Positions 38,345 through 47,868 of a stretch of DNA of 64,000 nt are shown here, piece by piece. Positions within the stretch are counted from its first letter, which is position 1. The number at the start of each line of letters is the position of its first letter. A program made the translations under genes and the position numbers. The notes beneath the pieces are model-generated. The model searched no databases. It was given only the letters and a program-made list of their open reading frames with translations, and was not told the origin of the DNA. Source of the DNA: Bacteroidia bacterium (GTDB lineage Bacteria > Bacteroidota > Bacteroidia > NS11-12g > UBA9320); the NCBI GenBank assembly GCA_965216465.1, contig CBDCFW010000004.1, forward strand, positions 32,001 to 96,000. The letters are read 5' to 3'.

Positions 38345-40210
38345 TTAGTTGTTGAGATCCCAACGAATATTTAAACGCATAATTCGAGGCATCATAGGAT
38401 AGGTGGGCGAGCTGTAATAAGCATTCGTCATCAATGCCATTTGAGCATGAAAGAATTCAACTCCAAAATTGAAGCTTTTAACCTTCGAATTAATGTATGG
38501 GTTAATCGGTGGATATGCAGTGAAAGATTCGTTTGAATTGTGCCATTGTCTTGTAAGAGCATTGTACACGGGAGCGTTATACTCACTAAACCAAAACGAC
38601 CTTACCCCAACCTGAACCAGGAGATTTTTTTTGAAGGTCTTGAATTGGGTATAAACGTCACAGCTTAATGCAAGATCTGGTCGCGGCAATACCACCTGAT
38701 TTGATGAGTTTTGGAATATAGCTTGTGTAGATATTCCAAAATGCTTACGGGCAAGCTTATAGTTAAGTTTTAATTGAACCAAAGTTACCAAGTCATCATG
38801 TTGGGCGATTGCTGTGTCCGGAGTGAAATAAACAACATTGCCCATGTTCTCGATAAAGGCTGATGCTACAAATTGTTGATTGGCTTTGCCTATTCTTAAA
38901 TCGCCAAAAAGCTTATTGTTAAATGTTTTGTCAAATTGATTTGTCCAGGTTTTACCATTTGAAATGAACTGCTGATAGAGGTATTGCGGCTCTATGAGTT
39001 GCGATCCAATTCCTGCATTGAAAGACCATTGTTTGAGGTTCCCTCCCAACTTCGCATTTAAGTTGTAGTCTCCCGTATTATATCCTAAAATCCCCAGCTG
39101 AAAGCGAGCGTTTAAATCAAACCGATTAAACGAAAGCTTAGCTGCAGAATTAAGGTTTAAATTATTCCAGTTCTTTTCTATACCGTTGTTATAGATTTTG
39201 TGAATTGAATGTTCGAGACCCCCACGTATTGCAGCACCTTGTCGTTTTAAGGCTATTCCAAATTCGTTGGTGATACTATTGTGTTGAATTGAGTCTTTAT
39301 AAGGGTCAAGATTAAAGCCGTAAAATGCTGAATCAGGAAGATTGTCTTCCAGCTCGTTTCTGATTGCATTATAACTTGACTTCAGGTAGGCCTGAGCATT
39401 AAATCTCGACAAATTGTGAATCTCACTGCTATCTTTCACTGCACTATTTAACCGATAGAATTGCACCACCGAGAATTTATTTTGGTATTGGCCACCTAAG
39501 GCACTGGCAAAAGCAGCTGCATTGTTATCGATTTTATTTCTTCCAGATAGCAATTCATAATCTTGAAGCTTGGTTATTCCTCCACTTTCAACATTTTTTG
39601 ATTTGTTCCACAAGTAGGAGAATACAACTTCGTATCTGCGGTCTTTCGAATAATAACCTGTGTAAAATCGCGTATTAAACAAATTACTCATTCTAATGCT
39701 ACCGATGTTGGCAATATTGGAGTAATAAAAGTTTTGATTTTTAAGCCGACGATAGTCTACTCCAAATGTCAAGCGTTTTGAAATCTGTTGAGCATGGGTA
39801 GCCTCAATGCTTAGCATTTCATTTCTGCCCTGAGAATAATTCAGCCGCGTAAATGGTCGATCGGTTTGATATATTTTGATGGAGTCGTTGTAGAAAAACG
39901 CATCCATTGTATTAATTCCCAGTTGAAGTCCTATGTGGTTTTTGTTATCGCCGGATATTGGTAGTGAGTATGATCCCTCTAATCCTAAGTCAAGAAATGG
40001 AAACTGATCAGAATAAGGTGCGTAGTAGTTATAAAAACCATTAAGACTAGTATCAATTTTAGAAACACTATCGTCCATAAAAAACAGGCTTTCCTGATTC
40101 ACAAATGTTGTACTAACCGGCTTGTAACGATGTACATCTGAAGTGTCAAGTATCTGGGCATTTGAGACCCATGCGATACAGGTAAGAATTAGGATAAGTT
40201 GTTTTCTCAA
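38345..40210 (-). CDS. Putative outer-membrane porin / beta-barrel (Bacteroidota putative porin family)
   Basis: Signal peptide, 'PFTRLNYSQG', amphipathic beta strands, C-terminal 'YPMMPRIMRLNIRWDL'. Confidence 0.72.
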   Translation of the reverse strand: MRKQLILILTCIAWVSNAQILDTSDVHRYKPVSTTFVNQESLFFMDDSVSKIDTSLNGFYNYYAPYSDQFPFLDLGLEGSYSLPISGDNKNHIGLQLGINTMDAFFYNDSIKIYQTDRPFTRLNYSQGRNEMLSIEATHAQQISKRLTFGVDYRRLKNQNFYYSNIANIGSIRMSNLFNTRFYTGYYSKDRRYEVVFSYLWNKSKNVESGGITKLQDYELLSGRNKIDNNAAAFASALGGQYQNKFSVVQFYRLNSAVKDSSEIHNLSRFNAQAYLKSSYNAIRNELEDNLPDSAFYGFNLDPYKDSIQHNSITNEFGIALKRQGAAIRGGLEHSIHKIYNNGIEKNWNNLNLNSAAKLSFNRFDLNARFQLGILGYNTGDYNLNAKLGGNLKQWSFNAGIGSQLIEPQYLYQQFISNGKTWTNQFDKTFNNKLFGDLRIGKANQQFVASAFIENMGNVVYFTPDTAIAQHDDLVTLVQLKLNYKLARKHFGISTQAIFQNSSNQVVLPRPDLALSCDVYTQFKTFKKNLLVQVGVRSFWFSEYNAPVYNALTRQWHNSNESFTAYPPINPYINSKVKSFNFGVEFFHAQMALMTNAYYSSPTYPMMPRIMRLNIRWDLNN

Positions 40211-40213
40211 TCT

Positions 40214-40618
40214 TTAATCTTTCGTTACGAAGGTATATGTTTCTGAAACAATGTTGTCGACCAGGTCGCCAGCTATAATTAATACATCGTAGCTGATGCT
40301 GTCAGTCGAAGGAATTGTATACACTGTGTCTAACGTGAATGTGCTATCGCCAATTACCTTGCTGAACGAGAACCCGTTGTCGTTAAAATTGTTTGGAACC
40401 ATCTGAAATTGAACCTCATTGAGCTCGTAATTGTCTGTAAACGTGATTTTTATCGGCAATTGACCTTTTGATAAATATACAGAATCTTCGATAGGCGACT
40501 CGATAGAATAGCTTGGATTTTCGTTGTCTTCAACCGAATCGTATTCAGGAATGTTAAATTCATCCTTGCAGCTAAAGAGTATCATCAGTGTAGAAAAAAG
40601 AAATAGTATTTTTTTCAT
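40214..40618 (-). CDS. Small lipoprotein, Ig-like; probable start at 40618
   Basis: 'MKKILFLFSTLMILFSC' lipoprotein signal. The longer ORF-track start overlaps the divergent gene. Confidence 0.75.
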   Translation of the reverse strand: MKKILFLFSTLMILFSCKDEFNIPEYDSVEDNENPSYSIESPIEDSVYLSKGQLPIKITFTDNYELNEVQFQMVPNNFNDNGFSFSKVIGDSTFTLDTVYTIPSTDSISYDVLIIAGDLVDNIVSETYTFVTKD

Positions 40619-40661
40619 GTTGCAAATAACATAAATTCTGATGAGACTATCTTTGCTCTTC

Positions 40662-41681
40662 ATGTCACAATCCGTTGATTTTCTTATTGTCGGTGGCGGC
40701 TTAGCTGGACACATTTTACAAATCGAGTTGGAACGAGCAGGCTGTTCAACCCTGGTAATTGATAAGAAAAAAGATAACATATCTTCTGTAATTGCAGCAG
40801 GTATAGTTAACCCCATTGCTGGGAAATTCTTTACGGTAACCTGGAGGGCAAATGAAATATTTTCAGAGCTTAGGTCATACTATCAGCGGTTAGAAGAAGA
40901 GCTAGGAGGCAGTTTTTTTAACGCTCTTCCGCTCAAACGAATTTTTGCAACAGCGGGAGAGCAGAATATCTGGTTGTCAAAAGCACATCAAGAAAAATAC
41001 AAAGGTTTTTGTAGTTATGAAGAACATGAGATAGAAGGGTTAAATAACAATTATGGGAGTTTGGTCATTAATCGAGGTGGGCAAATGGCTGTTACTCCAT
41101 TCTTGTCTCTTTGTAAAGCTAAATATCCAAATCGGGATGAGCGATTTAGTCACCAAGAACTTCAACTAGAAGATAAAAAGTATCAAGACATTAATTTCGG
41201 TAACATTGTTTTCTGCGAAGGGGCTGAAGTCCGACACAATAATCTGTTCAATTCATTGCCCTTTACACCCATGAAAGGCGAATTGCTTGAAATTGAGACC
41301 GGTCTTGAACCCCAAGACGCAGTTTTGCTTGGACCCGTTTTTATGCAACATGTGGCTGACAAAATATGGAGAATAGGCGCTACTTATGAACCCAACAAAA
41401 CTTCTATTGTGCCTACTGAAAATAAGAAACAAGAGATAATTGAGAAACTTGAAAAACTCCTAACCTTACCATACACTATCACCAACCACTATGCAGGCGT
41501 TCGTCCAGCAACAGTTGATCGTAGGCCTATAATCGGAAAACATGCTGAAGAAGAGGCTTATGTGTTCAATGGATTTGGTAGTAAAGGAATTAGCTTAATT
41601 CCGATACATGCAAAAGAATTCGTGCAATTTGTATTAAATGATGCTCCTTTGCATACCGAAGTAGTTATAGACCGATTTTGA
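40662..41681 (+). CDS. FAD-dependent oxidoreductase (DAO/glycine oxidase family)
   Basis: 'LIVGGGLAG', 'AAGIVNP', 'KGELL', 'AGVRPATVDRRP', 'NGFGSKG'. Start MSQ is 6 nt after TATCTTTG. Confidence 0.85.
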   Translation: MSQSVDFLIVGGGLAGHILQIELERAGCSTLVIDKKKDNISSVIAAGIVNPIAGKFFTVTWRANEIFSELRSYYQRLEEELGGSFFNALPLKRIFATAGEQNIWLSKAHQEKYKGFCSYEEHEIEGLNNNYGSLVINRGGQMAVTPFLSLCKAKYPNRDERFSHQELQLEDKKYQDINFGNIVFCEGAEVRHNNLFNSLPFTPMKGELLEIETGLEPQDAVLLGPVFMQHVADKIWRIGATYEPNKTSIVPTENKKQEIIEKLEKLLTLPYTITNHYAGVRPATVDRRPIIGKHAEEEAYVFNGFGSKGISLIPIHAKEFVQFVLNDAPLHTEVVIDRF

Positions 41682-43432
41682 AAGTAAGCTTATTATACTA
41701 TTTGAAAGTTCTTTGGGTTTGGTTAAGTGTATTCTTCTTATCCAAAATCTTCTTTTTGGTTATCAATTACGACTCATTTGGTGCCGACTTTAAAGAATTT
41801 CCAGCAATGTGGTGGAACGGTATACGGCTAGATCTGTCGTTTACCGGTTATTTACTTGCACTTTGCTTTCTAATTTTCGCTATTTCTGGGTTGCTTAAAA
41901 AGCCTTCAACGAAATTCTTAAAAGTTCTATTCTTGGTTGTATTTGTTTGTGCTGTGATAATATTAGGAGCTGACCCCTTTTTCTATTTATACTGGGGCCA
42001 GAAAGCGAATTTCTCGTTCATTCAATTTCTAGGCAAAGAAAACGCTGGGGTGTCTTCTGTTGAAACAATTCACTATCTGTACTTTATAGTTTTTGCGGGT
42101 ATATTAGGATTGATTTATGCCAAGCATTGGAGCAAGTTGCTTCAACCTCCAAAGAAGTCGAATTTAGGTTTGAGCCTCGTTCTTGTAGCATTCAGCTTTT
42201 TATTAATTAGGGGTGGATGGTCTATCGTTCCAATCAATATTTCAAGTGCTTTTTATTCTTCAAACAGTTTATACAATAACACCGCTTTAAACCCAGTATG
42301 GAACTTGCTCGCCACCGAGATAGAACGCGACAAACACAAGGCTATACAGTTCTTTGATAGTGCTGAAGTAGCGGAAGGAATCTGGTCTCACCGCAATATT
42401 AAAAGTGATAGCCTTCATCACATGATTAAAAGCAGTTCAAAGCCAAATGTGGTCCTAATCGTTCTTGAAAGTTTTTCAGCTAAAGTGAGCAAAGAGTTGT
42501 CAAATTCGCATAATGCAACTCCATACCTGGATCGAGAGTTGAGGTCAGGTATTTCTTATACCAATGCTTACGCCAGTAGCTTTCGTTCGGATAAAGGACT
42601 TATGGCGATAATAACCGGAGTGCCCTCTGGTGCCCGTCAAACGCTAACAAGCTTTCCTGATGCAATTGCTCGGCAGCCAAGCATTTTCAACATGTTTGCA
42701 GAAGATTATGAAACCTCATTCTACTACGGCGGAGATATGGAATTTGCAAACATGAAAGTATTGTTCAATGATGCAGATATCGTGATGTCAGAAAAAGAAC
42801 TTAAATCTGATGTCTCAGGCCCTTGGGGAAGCCACGACGAGGTTGTATTTGAGCAGTTTTTCTCAGACTTCGAAGCGGCGAACAATCCTCAATTCAAGAT
42901 GCTTTTTTCTTTGAGTAGTCATGAACCGTTTGACGTGCCTTCTCAACAGCGATTTGAAGATCCCTACCTCAATAGTATTAGTTACACGGATAGCTGTTTT
43001 GGTGTTTTAATGACCAAATTAAGGAAGTCTGAAAAATGGAATAACACCATCGTAATTGTTACTGCTGACCACGGTACCATTCGTCCTGAATTCTCAGCAA
43101 ATCAAGATCCTCAGAACTTCAGAATTCCAATGGTTATTACAGGTGGTTTGATAACAGGAGATACGACAATTAGTACCGTAGTAAGTCAAACAGATATTGC
43201 CGCTACCCTAAATGACCTTACCCAATCAAATATTGATTTTCCTCGTCAACAATCATTGTTAGTGCCTTCGGGAAGAGCATTTTATTCCTATTTTGATGGT
43301 ATTACTTTGGTTCGGGACAGCTGTATACAGCAATACGATTTTAGTCGTAAGGAGTATATCGTTCCACAATGCACTGACGCACTTGAAAAAGCCTATTACC
43401 ATCTAGCTAATGAGGCTTTCTTTACTCCTTAG
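41678..43432 (+). CDS. LTA synthase-family sulfatase-like membrane protein
   Basis: About five N-terminal TM helices, 'IRGG', 'PNVVLIVLESF', 'SSHEPF', 'TADHG'. Confidence 0.85.
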   Translation: MKVSLLYYLKVLWVWLSVFFLSKIFFLVINYDSFGADFKEFPAMWWNGIRLDLSFTGYLLALCFLIFAISGLLKKPSTKFLKVLFLVVFVCAVIILGADPFFYLYWGQKANFSFIQFLGKENAGVSSVETIHYLYFIVFAGILGLIYAKHWSKLLQPPKKSNLGLSLVLVAFSFLLIRGGWSIVPINISSAFYSSNSLYNNTALNPVWNLLATEIERDKHKAIQFFDSAEVAEGIWSHRNIKSDSLHHMIKSSSKPNVVLIVLESFSAKVSKELSNSHNATPYLDRELRSGISYTNAYASSFRSDKGLMAIITGVPSGARQTLTSFPDAIARQPSIFNMFAEDYETSFYYGGDMEFANMKVLFNDADIVMSEKELKSDVSGPWGSHDEVVFEQFFSDFEAANNPQFKMLFSLSSHEPFDVPSQQRFEDPYLNSISYTDSCFGVLMTKLRKSEKWNNTIVIVTADHGTIRPEFSANQDPQNFRIPMVITGGLITGDTTISTVVSQTDIAATLNDLTQSNIDFPRQQSLLVPSGRAFYSYFDGITLVRDSCIQQYDFSRKEYIVPQCTDALEKAYYHLANEAFFTP

Positions 43433-45435
43433 TACTTGATAAATTTTTGATTAGCTCCCATAAGCTTAATGAAGTAAGCCCCTGGAGCCAATGAATTGAC
43501 ATCAATTTTATGCGAAGTAGAACTTGTTGTACCGCTCAGCACAATTTGACCAACTTGATTAAGAATCTGAAAATCTACAGGCCCAGCATTTGCCAAATCA
43601 ACAAATAGGTTTGAATTTGTAAATGTAGGATAAACCTTAAATGAAAGTACCGCGTCATCAATCGAACCTTTTGGTCGTCCTTCTGCATCAATAGATAACA
43701 CATTACCAATACTTAGGTTCTCGTATGAACCACTGCCTGTAGTAGTCGTTTTACTTGTTCTGATCATATAATAATTGTCTCCATTCCATGGCATCACATC
43801 AGTATAAGTGGTCCCAACAAAAGGAGTTTCATTTATCAATTCGAATCCTCCAATAGAGTCAGTTGAATGATAGATATAATATCCATTGATGTCATTTTCG
43901 GTTGAGGCAGTCCATGTGAGCTCGACTTCGGTGTTGTTGCTCACTGTCGCTATTTGTATGTTGGTTGGAGGTGCAATCATTGCCGTTCGTAAACTTGGGT
44001 CGCCAAGTAATGCTATATGAGGACATTTTTGATAGAATAAAGCATCATAGTCGTTCACATTATTTTGCGTTCGAATGGCTACGTCTCCAAACGACTCACC
44101 AATGGCTAATGTATGAGTAACCCATTTTGGACGTCCGTTCCATGCAGAAACTAAACCTCCTTCTTCTGATGCTAAACTCGCACGCATAAAGTTGTCTTCA
44201 ATATCATAATCCCCGAAGAAGCTTCCGAAAATATAGCTGAACAAACCTGGGTTTTTGCTTGTAAAATCAGCTGTATTTCCATATCCGCTGCACGATGTGT
44301 ACCATCCAGCACCAGCTCCATATGAGAATAAATAGTTGTTAGATGCAGTAGTATTAAAAATATCGGCTTCAACGATGTGTTCAGGTCCGTAGTAAGCGGT
44401 GAAATCTCTATAAGCTCCTCCTGCAAAACCTTCATCCAGTCCAGAAAAGTTATTCTCAATAATTGCCTGGTCTAAGTAAACAGTTTGTGCCATTTTAAAT
44501 TGGTGAGCTTTGTCTAAATAGCGCTTAGTAAGTTCAATTTCTGATTCAGAAAAGGTATTTAATCGACTTAAGTCTACACGACCGACAGCTATGGTAACAT
44601 CACCTGGAATTTGGTTGTTATCAAATTTGCCATCTCCAATTGCGTTGTTATTCTCAGGTCTTTTGGCAAGCGTTGTGGAGTCAATGTCGGTCCATTGGCC
44701 GTCAATAACTCCGTAGTAAACATCCGCAGCCCAAGCACCACAATGTGAATTGGGGTCTACCTGATAGTGACCATCAGGAGGATAAAGCCAATTCTCATCT
44801 TGACAATACGTACCAGAATACGGAACTGGAATATTACCCAATAAATAAAGTGCGTCAATACCTACAGTTTCATGTTTCAGGTCTATAAATTCACGAACAT
44901 CTGAAACTTCCCAGTCTGAAGGAACGGTTTCAATTAAAACATCCCAGCCATCACCAATTAAATCATGATGCAATTGGCTAATTTCTTGAGGAAGAGCATT
45001 TTTAATATTTTCTGCAACCAATACGAATATAATGCCGTTGTAATGATTTGCAGGTTTATTAATTGCAGCAGATATATATCCATAACCTTCGGCCTTCATT
45101 CCAGACTGAGAAAATGGCTCAGTAACATCTGTGGTTTTTCTTACAGCATATTCATACACTTTTCCTTCTTCAATATTGGAGTCCATATAAGAACTATCTG
45201 TTCCTGAAAGACTAACTAGAGCCGTGCCCCAATTGGTGCTTCCAAGGTCTCGGCGATATACACGATAAGCCGTTGCTTCATCGGTGGCCTTCCAGCGAAT
45301 GTTTATGGTTGTGTTTGATTCGTTGATTACGGCATAAGCCTCAACAGAACGGTAATTATCAAAAGTTTGTGCTTCACTAAAAAAAGACAAACAGAAAAAT
45401 GATAAAATAGGGATTGAGCGTAGTATAATCTTCAT
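43429..45435 (-). CDS. T9SS cargo protein: fibronectin-III modules flanking a peptidase C25-like core
   Basis: Signal peptide from MKIILRS; Fn3-like 'IRWK...YRVYRR' and 'LTWTAS...GYYIY'; 'LYLLGNIPVP', 'ADVYY', 'VGRVD', 'LLGDPSL'; CTD 'VYPT...GAYFIKL...KFIKY'. Confidence 0.7.
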   Translation of the reverse strand: MKIILRSIPILSFFCLSFFSEAQTFDNYRSVEAYAVINESNTTINIRWKATDEATAYRVYRRDLGSTNWGTALVSLSGTDSSYMDSNIEEGKVYEYAVRKTTDVTEPFSQSGMKAEGYGYISAAINKPANHYNGIIFVLVAENIKNALPQEISQLHHDLIGDGWDVLIETVPSDWEVSDVREFIDLKHETVGIDALYLLGNIPVPYSGTYCQDENWLYPPDGHYQVDPNSHCGAWAADVYYGVIDGQWTDIDSTTLAKRPENNNAIGDGKFDNNQIPGDVTIAVGRVDLSRLNTFSESEIELTKRYLDKAHQFKMAQTVYLDQAIIENNFSGLDEGFAGGAYRDFTAYYGPEHIVEADIFNTTASNNYLFSYGAGAGWYTSCSGYGNTADFTSKNPGLFSYIFGSFFGDYDIEDNFMRASLASEEGGLVSAWNGRPKWVTHTLAIGESFGDVAIRTQNNVNDYDALFYQKCPHIALLGDPSLRTAMIAPPTNIQIATVSNNTEVELTWTASTENDINGYYIYHSTDSIGGFELINETPFVGTTYTDVMPWNGDNYYMIRTSKTTTTGSGSYENLSIGNVLSIDAEGRPKGSIDDAVLSFKVYPTFTNSNLFVDLANAGPVDFQILNQVGQIVLSGTTSSTSHKIDVNSLAPGAYFIKLMGANQKFIKY

Positions 45436-45459
45436 CGAGTAAATAATATATTCGTACAA

Positions 45460-47868
45460 ATGTATCGAATATTAGCACGTAAAACGGTTTTGTTATTGTC
45501 ATTATTAGCAATTGGTAGCCTAAATAGTACAGCCCAGAAATTTTGCCAGCACATGCGGTTAAACCATCAAATGGCGATGAATAATACGGTTGATTTACGC
45601 GCTGATACCTTCGATGTATTAGACTATACCATAGACGCTTCATTCTTAAATTACCAAGTAGATAAAAGTATTGATGCGACCTGTGAGCTTACCATTGTTC
45701 AAAAGATTTCTTCTTCAAGTGTTAATCTCGGTTTGCTGGGTCTAAATGTGAGTAAGGTCGAAGTTAATGGTGCCACTGTCAATTATTCTTACTCATCTCC
45801 AAGCCTAAAAGCAGAGCTCAACGGAATTCAAGTAGGAGACACGTTCAAGCTTAACGTGTTCTACGATGGCAATCCCAAAAAAGATGCACAATGGGGTGGA
45901 TTCTATTTTACCGGTGAATATGCATTTAACATGGGTGTTGGGTTTGCTTCCGACCCCCATAACTTTGGCCGTGTATGGTTTCCTTGTTTCGATAACTTTA
46001 CCGACAGAGCAACATATCAGATTAACATCACAGTCGATTCCAGCTACAAAGCTTATGCAAATGGAGTGTTGGTTGGACATGAAAAAAATGGGTCAACTGA
46101 GGTGTTTAAGTGGTCAATGAAAGATCCAATACCAACGTACCTCGCTTCAGTTGCAATTGCGCAGTACGAAGAAGTGGTCATGGAAACTGATGGCATCCCT
46201 GTGGTGCTAACTGCCCTTGCTAAAGACACGGCGAATTTGAGAGCAAGCTTTGAGAACCTACCAAAGTGCATTCGACAATTTGTAAGTTCTTACGGCAGTC
46301 ACAGTTTTGACAGAATAGGTTTCAATATAGTTCCATTCAACGCAGGAGCCATGGAGCATGCTACCAACATTGCATATCCATTTTATGCTATCAGCAACGG
46401 CTCAAAAAACAGCGAAACCCTTTTTGCTCATGAGTTGGCTCATCACTGGTGGGGAAACACCACTACTTGTGGAAGCCAAGAAGATATGTGGCTCAACGAA
46501 GGTTGGGCTTCTTTTTCTGAAAGCTTGTTTTTAGAGGCAGTTTACGGAAGAGCCCGATACGAACATAGCGTTGAAGCAAACCACCGAAATGTGTTGCAGT
46601 TTGCTCACGTCAGAGATGGAGTGAGTTTGCCTGTGAGTGGAATTGGTCATGCAAATACCTACGGAAGCCATGTATACAACAAAGGAGCTGATATGGTACA
46701 CACGCTTAGAGGTTTTATGGGCGATGAAGCATTCTTCGAAGCTTGCCAAACCTTTCAGTCTACTTATAAATTTAAAGATGTGAGCACGGAACAAATGTTT
46801 GCCCATTTTCAATCTTATTCAGCGGTGAGCTTAGAAGGATTCTTTAATCAGTGGATTAAAAAGAGTGGATTTGCTCATTTTGGGATTCATTGGGTGATTC
46901 CTCAAAACGGAAGGTATAGCATCAACATAAAGCAGACGCCTAGATTTAACGAAGAGGTATACACGAATGTACCAGTTATAATTACCGGTTTCTCGAACGA
47001 TTTAGAGCGTTACGATACAACCATTATCCTGAATAACCGAGAACAGACTTTTGTGCTTAATCCTCCATTCGAGGTTGAGTTTTGGTCACTGGATTACGAC
47101 GACTTAATTAGCGACGCACTTACAAGTGCAAATAGAATGATTGGCAATAACCAGGTCATGATAATGCTTGAAGATGGCTTAGCAGAAGTAGGAGTGGACA
47201 GCATAGCTAATGGAGATTCAGCATTTGTGCGTGTGGAGCACCATTGGGCAGGTCCGGATGCGACCTATGGCACGCCTGAGGGAGTTACAATCAGCAGACA
47301 ACGCTATTGGAATATTGAAGGCGTATGGCCTGAAAACACCAAATTGTTTGCAAGCCTAACCTATAGCGGAATTAAAACTACCTCAAGCATGGTTTATGGC
47401 TATCTGGATCATGAATTAATTCGAATTACGGAAGACAGCCTAGTGCTGTTGTACCGTCCTGCAGGAGACAAGCCTTGGGTAATTTACGATGACTACATAA
47501 AAAATATGGGATCTGCCTTTGATAAAAGAGGTACGGTAACGGTTTCAAATTTGAAGAAAGGACAGTATACTTTTGGTATGTACGATGCTAGCCTAGCATC
47601 AGTAGATGATGTACTAATAGAACCTGCTAAGTTTAAAGTTTATCCAAATCCAGCCGATGATATTGTCACCGTTGAGTTTGAAGAAGATCACGACTGCTGC
47701 CTGTTTGAGATTACAGATATCTATGGTTTGGTTGTGAAGTCAGCCAAAATCAAATCAAAGGAAAACATGCAAACAATAGATGTCTCAGACTTGGCTCCAG
47801 GAACATACTTTTTCGGGATGGTAACTGAAAATTTAGGTTACGACCGACAAAAAATCATAATTAAATAA
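45460..47868 (+). CDS. M1-family zinc aminopeptidase with T9SS C-terminal domain
   Basis: 'WFPCFD', 'GAMEH', 'HELAHHWWG...WLNEGWA', 'YNKGA'; CTD 'VYPNPA...GTYF...KIIIK'. Confidence 0.92.
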   Translation: MYRILARKTVLLLSLLAIGSLNSTAQKFCQHMRLNHQMAMNNTVDLRADTFDVLDYTIDASFLNYQVDKSIDATCELTIVQKISSSSVNLGLLGLNVSKVEVNGATVNYSYSSPSLKAELNGIQVGDTFKLNVFYDGNPKKDAQWGGFYFTGEYAFNMGVGFASDPHNFGRVWFPCFDNFTDRATYQINITVDSSYKAYANGVLVGHEKNGSTEVFKWSMKDPIPTYLASVAIAQYEEVVMETDGIPVVLTALAKDTANLRASFENLPKCIRQFVSSYGSHSFDRIGFNIVPFNAGAMEHATNIAYPFYAISNGSKNSETLFAHELAHHWWGNTTTCGSQEDMWLNEGWASFSESLFLEAVYGRARYEHSVEANHRNVLQFAHVRDGVSLPVSGIGHANTYGSHVYNKGADMVHTLRGFMGDEAFFEACQTFQSTYKFKDVSTEQMFAHFQSYSAVSLEGFFNQWIKKSGFAHFGIHWVIPQNGRYSINIKQTPRFNEEVYTNVPVIITGFSNDLERYDTTIILNNREQTFVLNPPFEVEFWSLDYDDLISDALTSANRMIGNNQVMIMLEDGLAEVGVDSIANGDSAFVRVEHHWAGPDATYGTPEGVTISRQRYWNIEGVWPENTKLFASLTYSGIKTTSSMVYGYLDHELIRITEDSLVLLYRPAGDKPWVIYDDYIKNMGSAFDKRGTVTVSNLKKGQYTFGMYDASLASVDDVLIEPAKFKVYPNPADDIVTVEFEEDHDCCLFEITDIYGLVVKSAKIKSKENMQTIDVSDLAPGTYFFGMVTENLGYDRQKIIIK

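Noticed and set aside
40619-40816. N-terminal extension of the 200-aa ORF
   Set aside because: Overlaps the divergent oxidoreductase; the lipoprotein signal begins at 40618.
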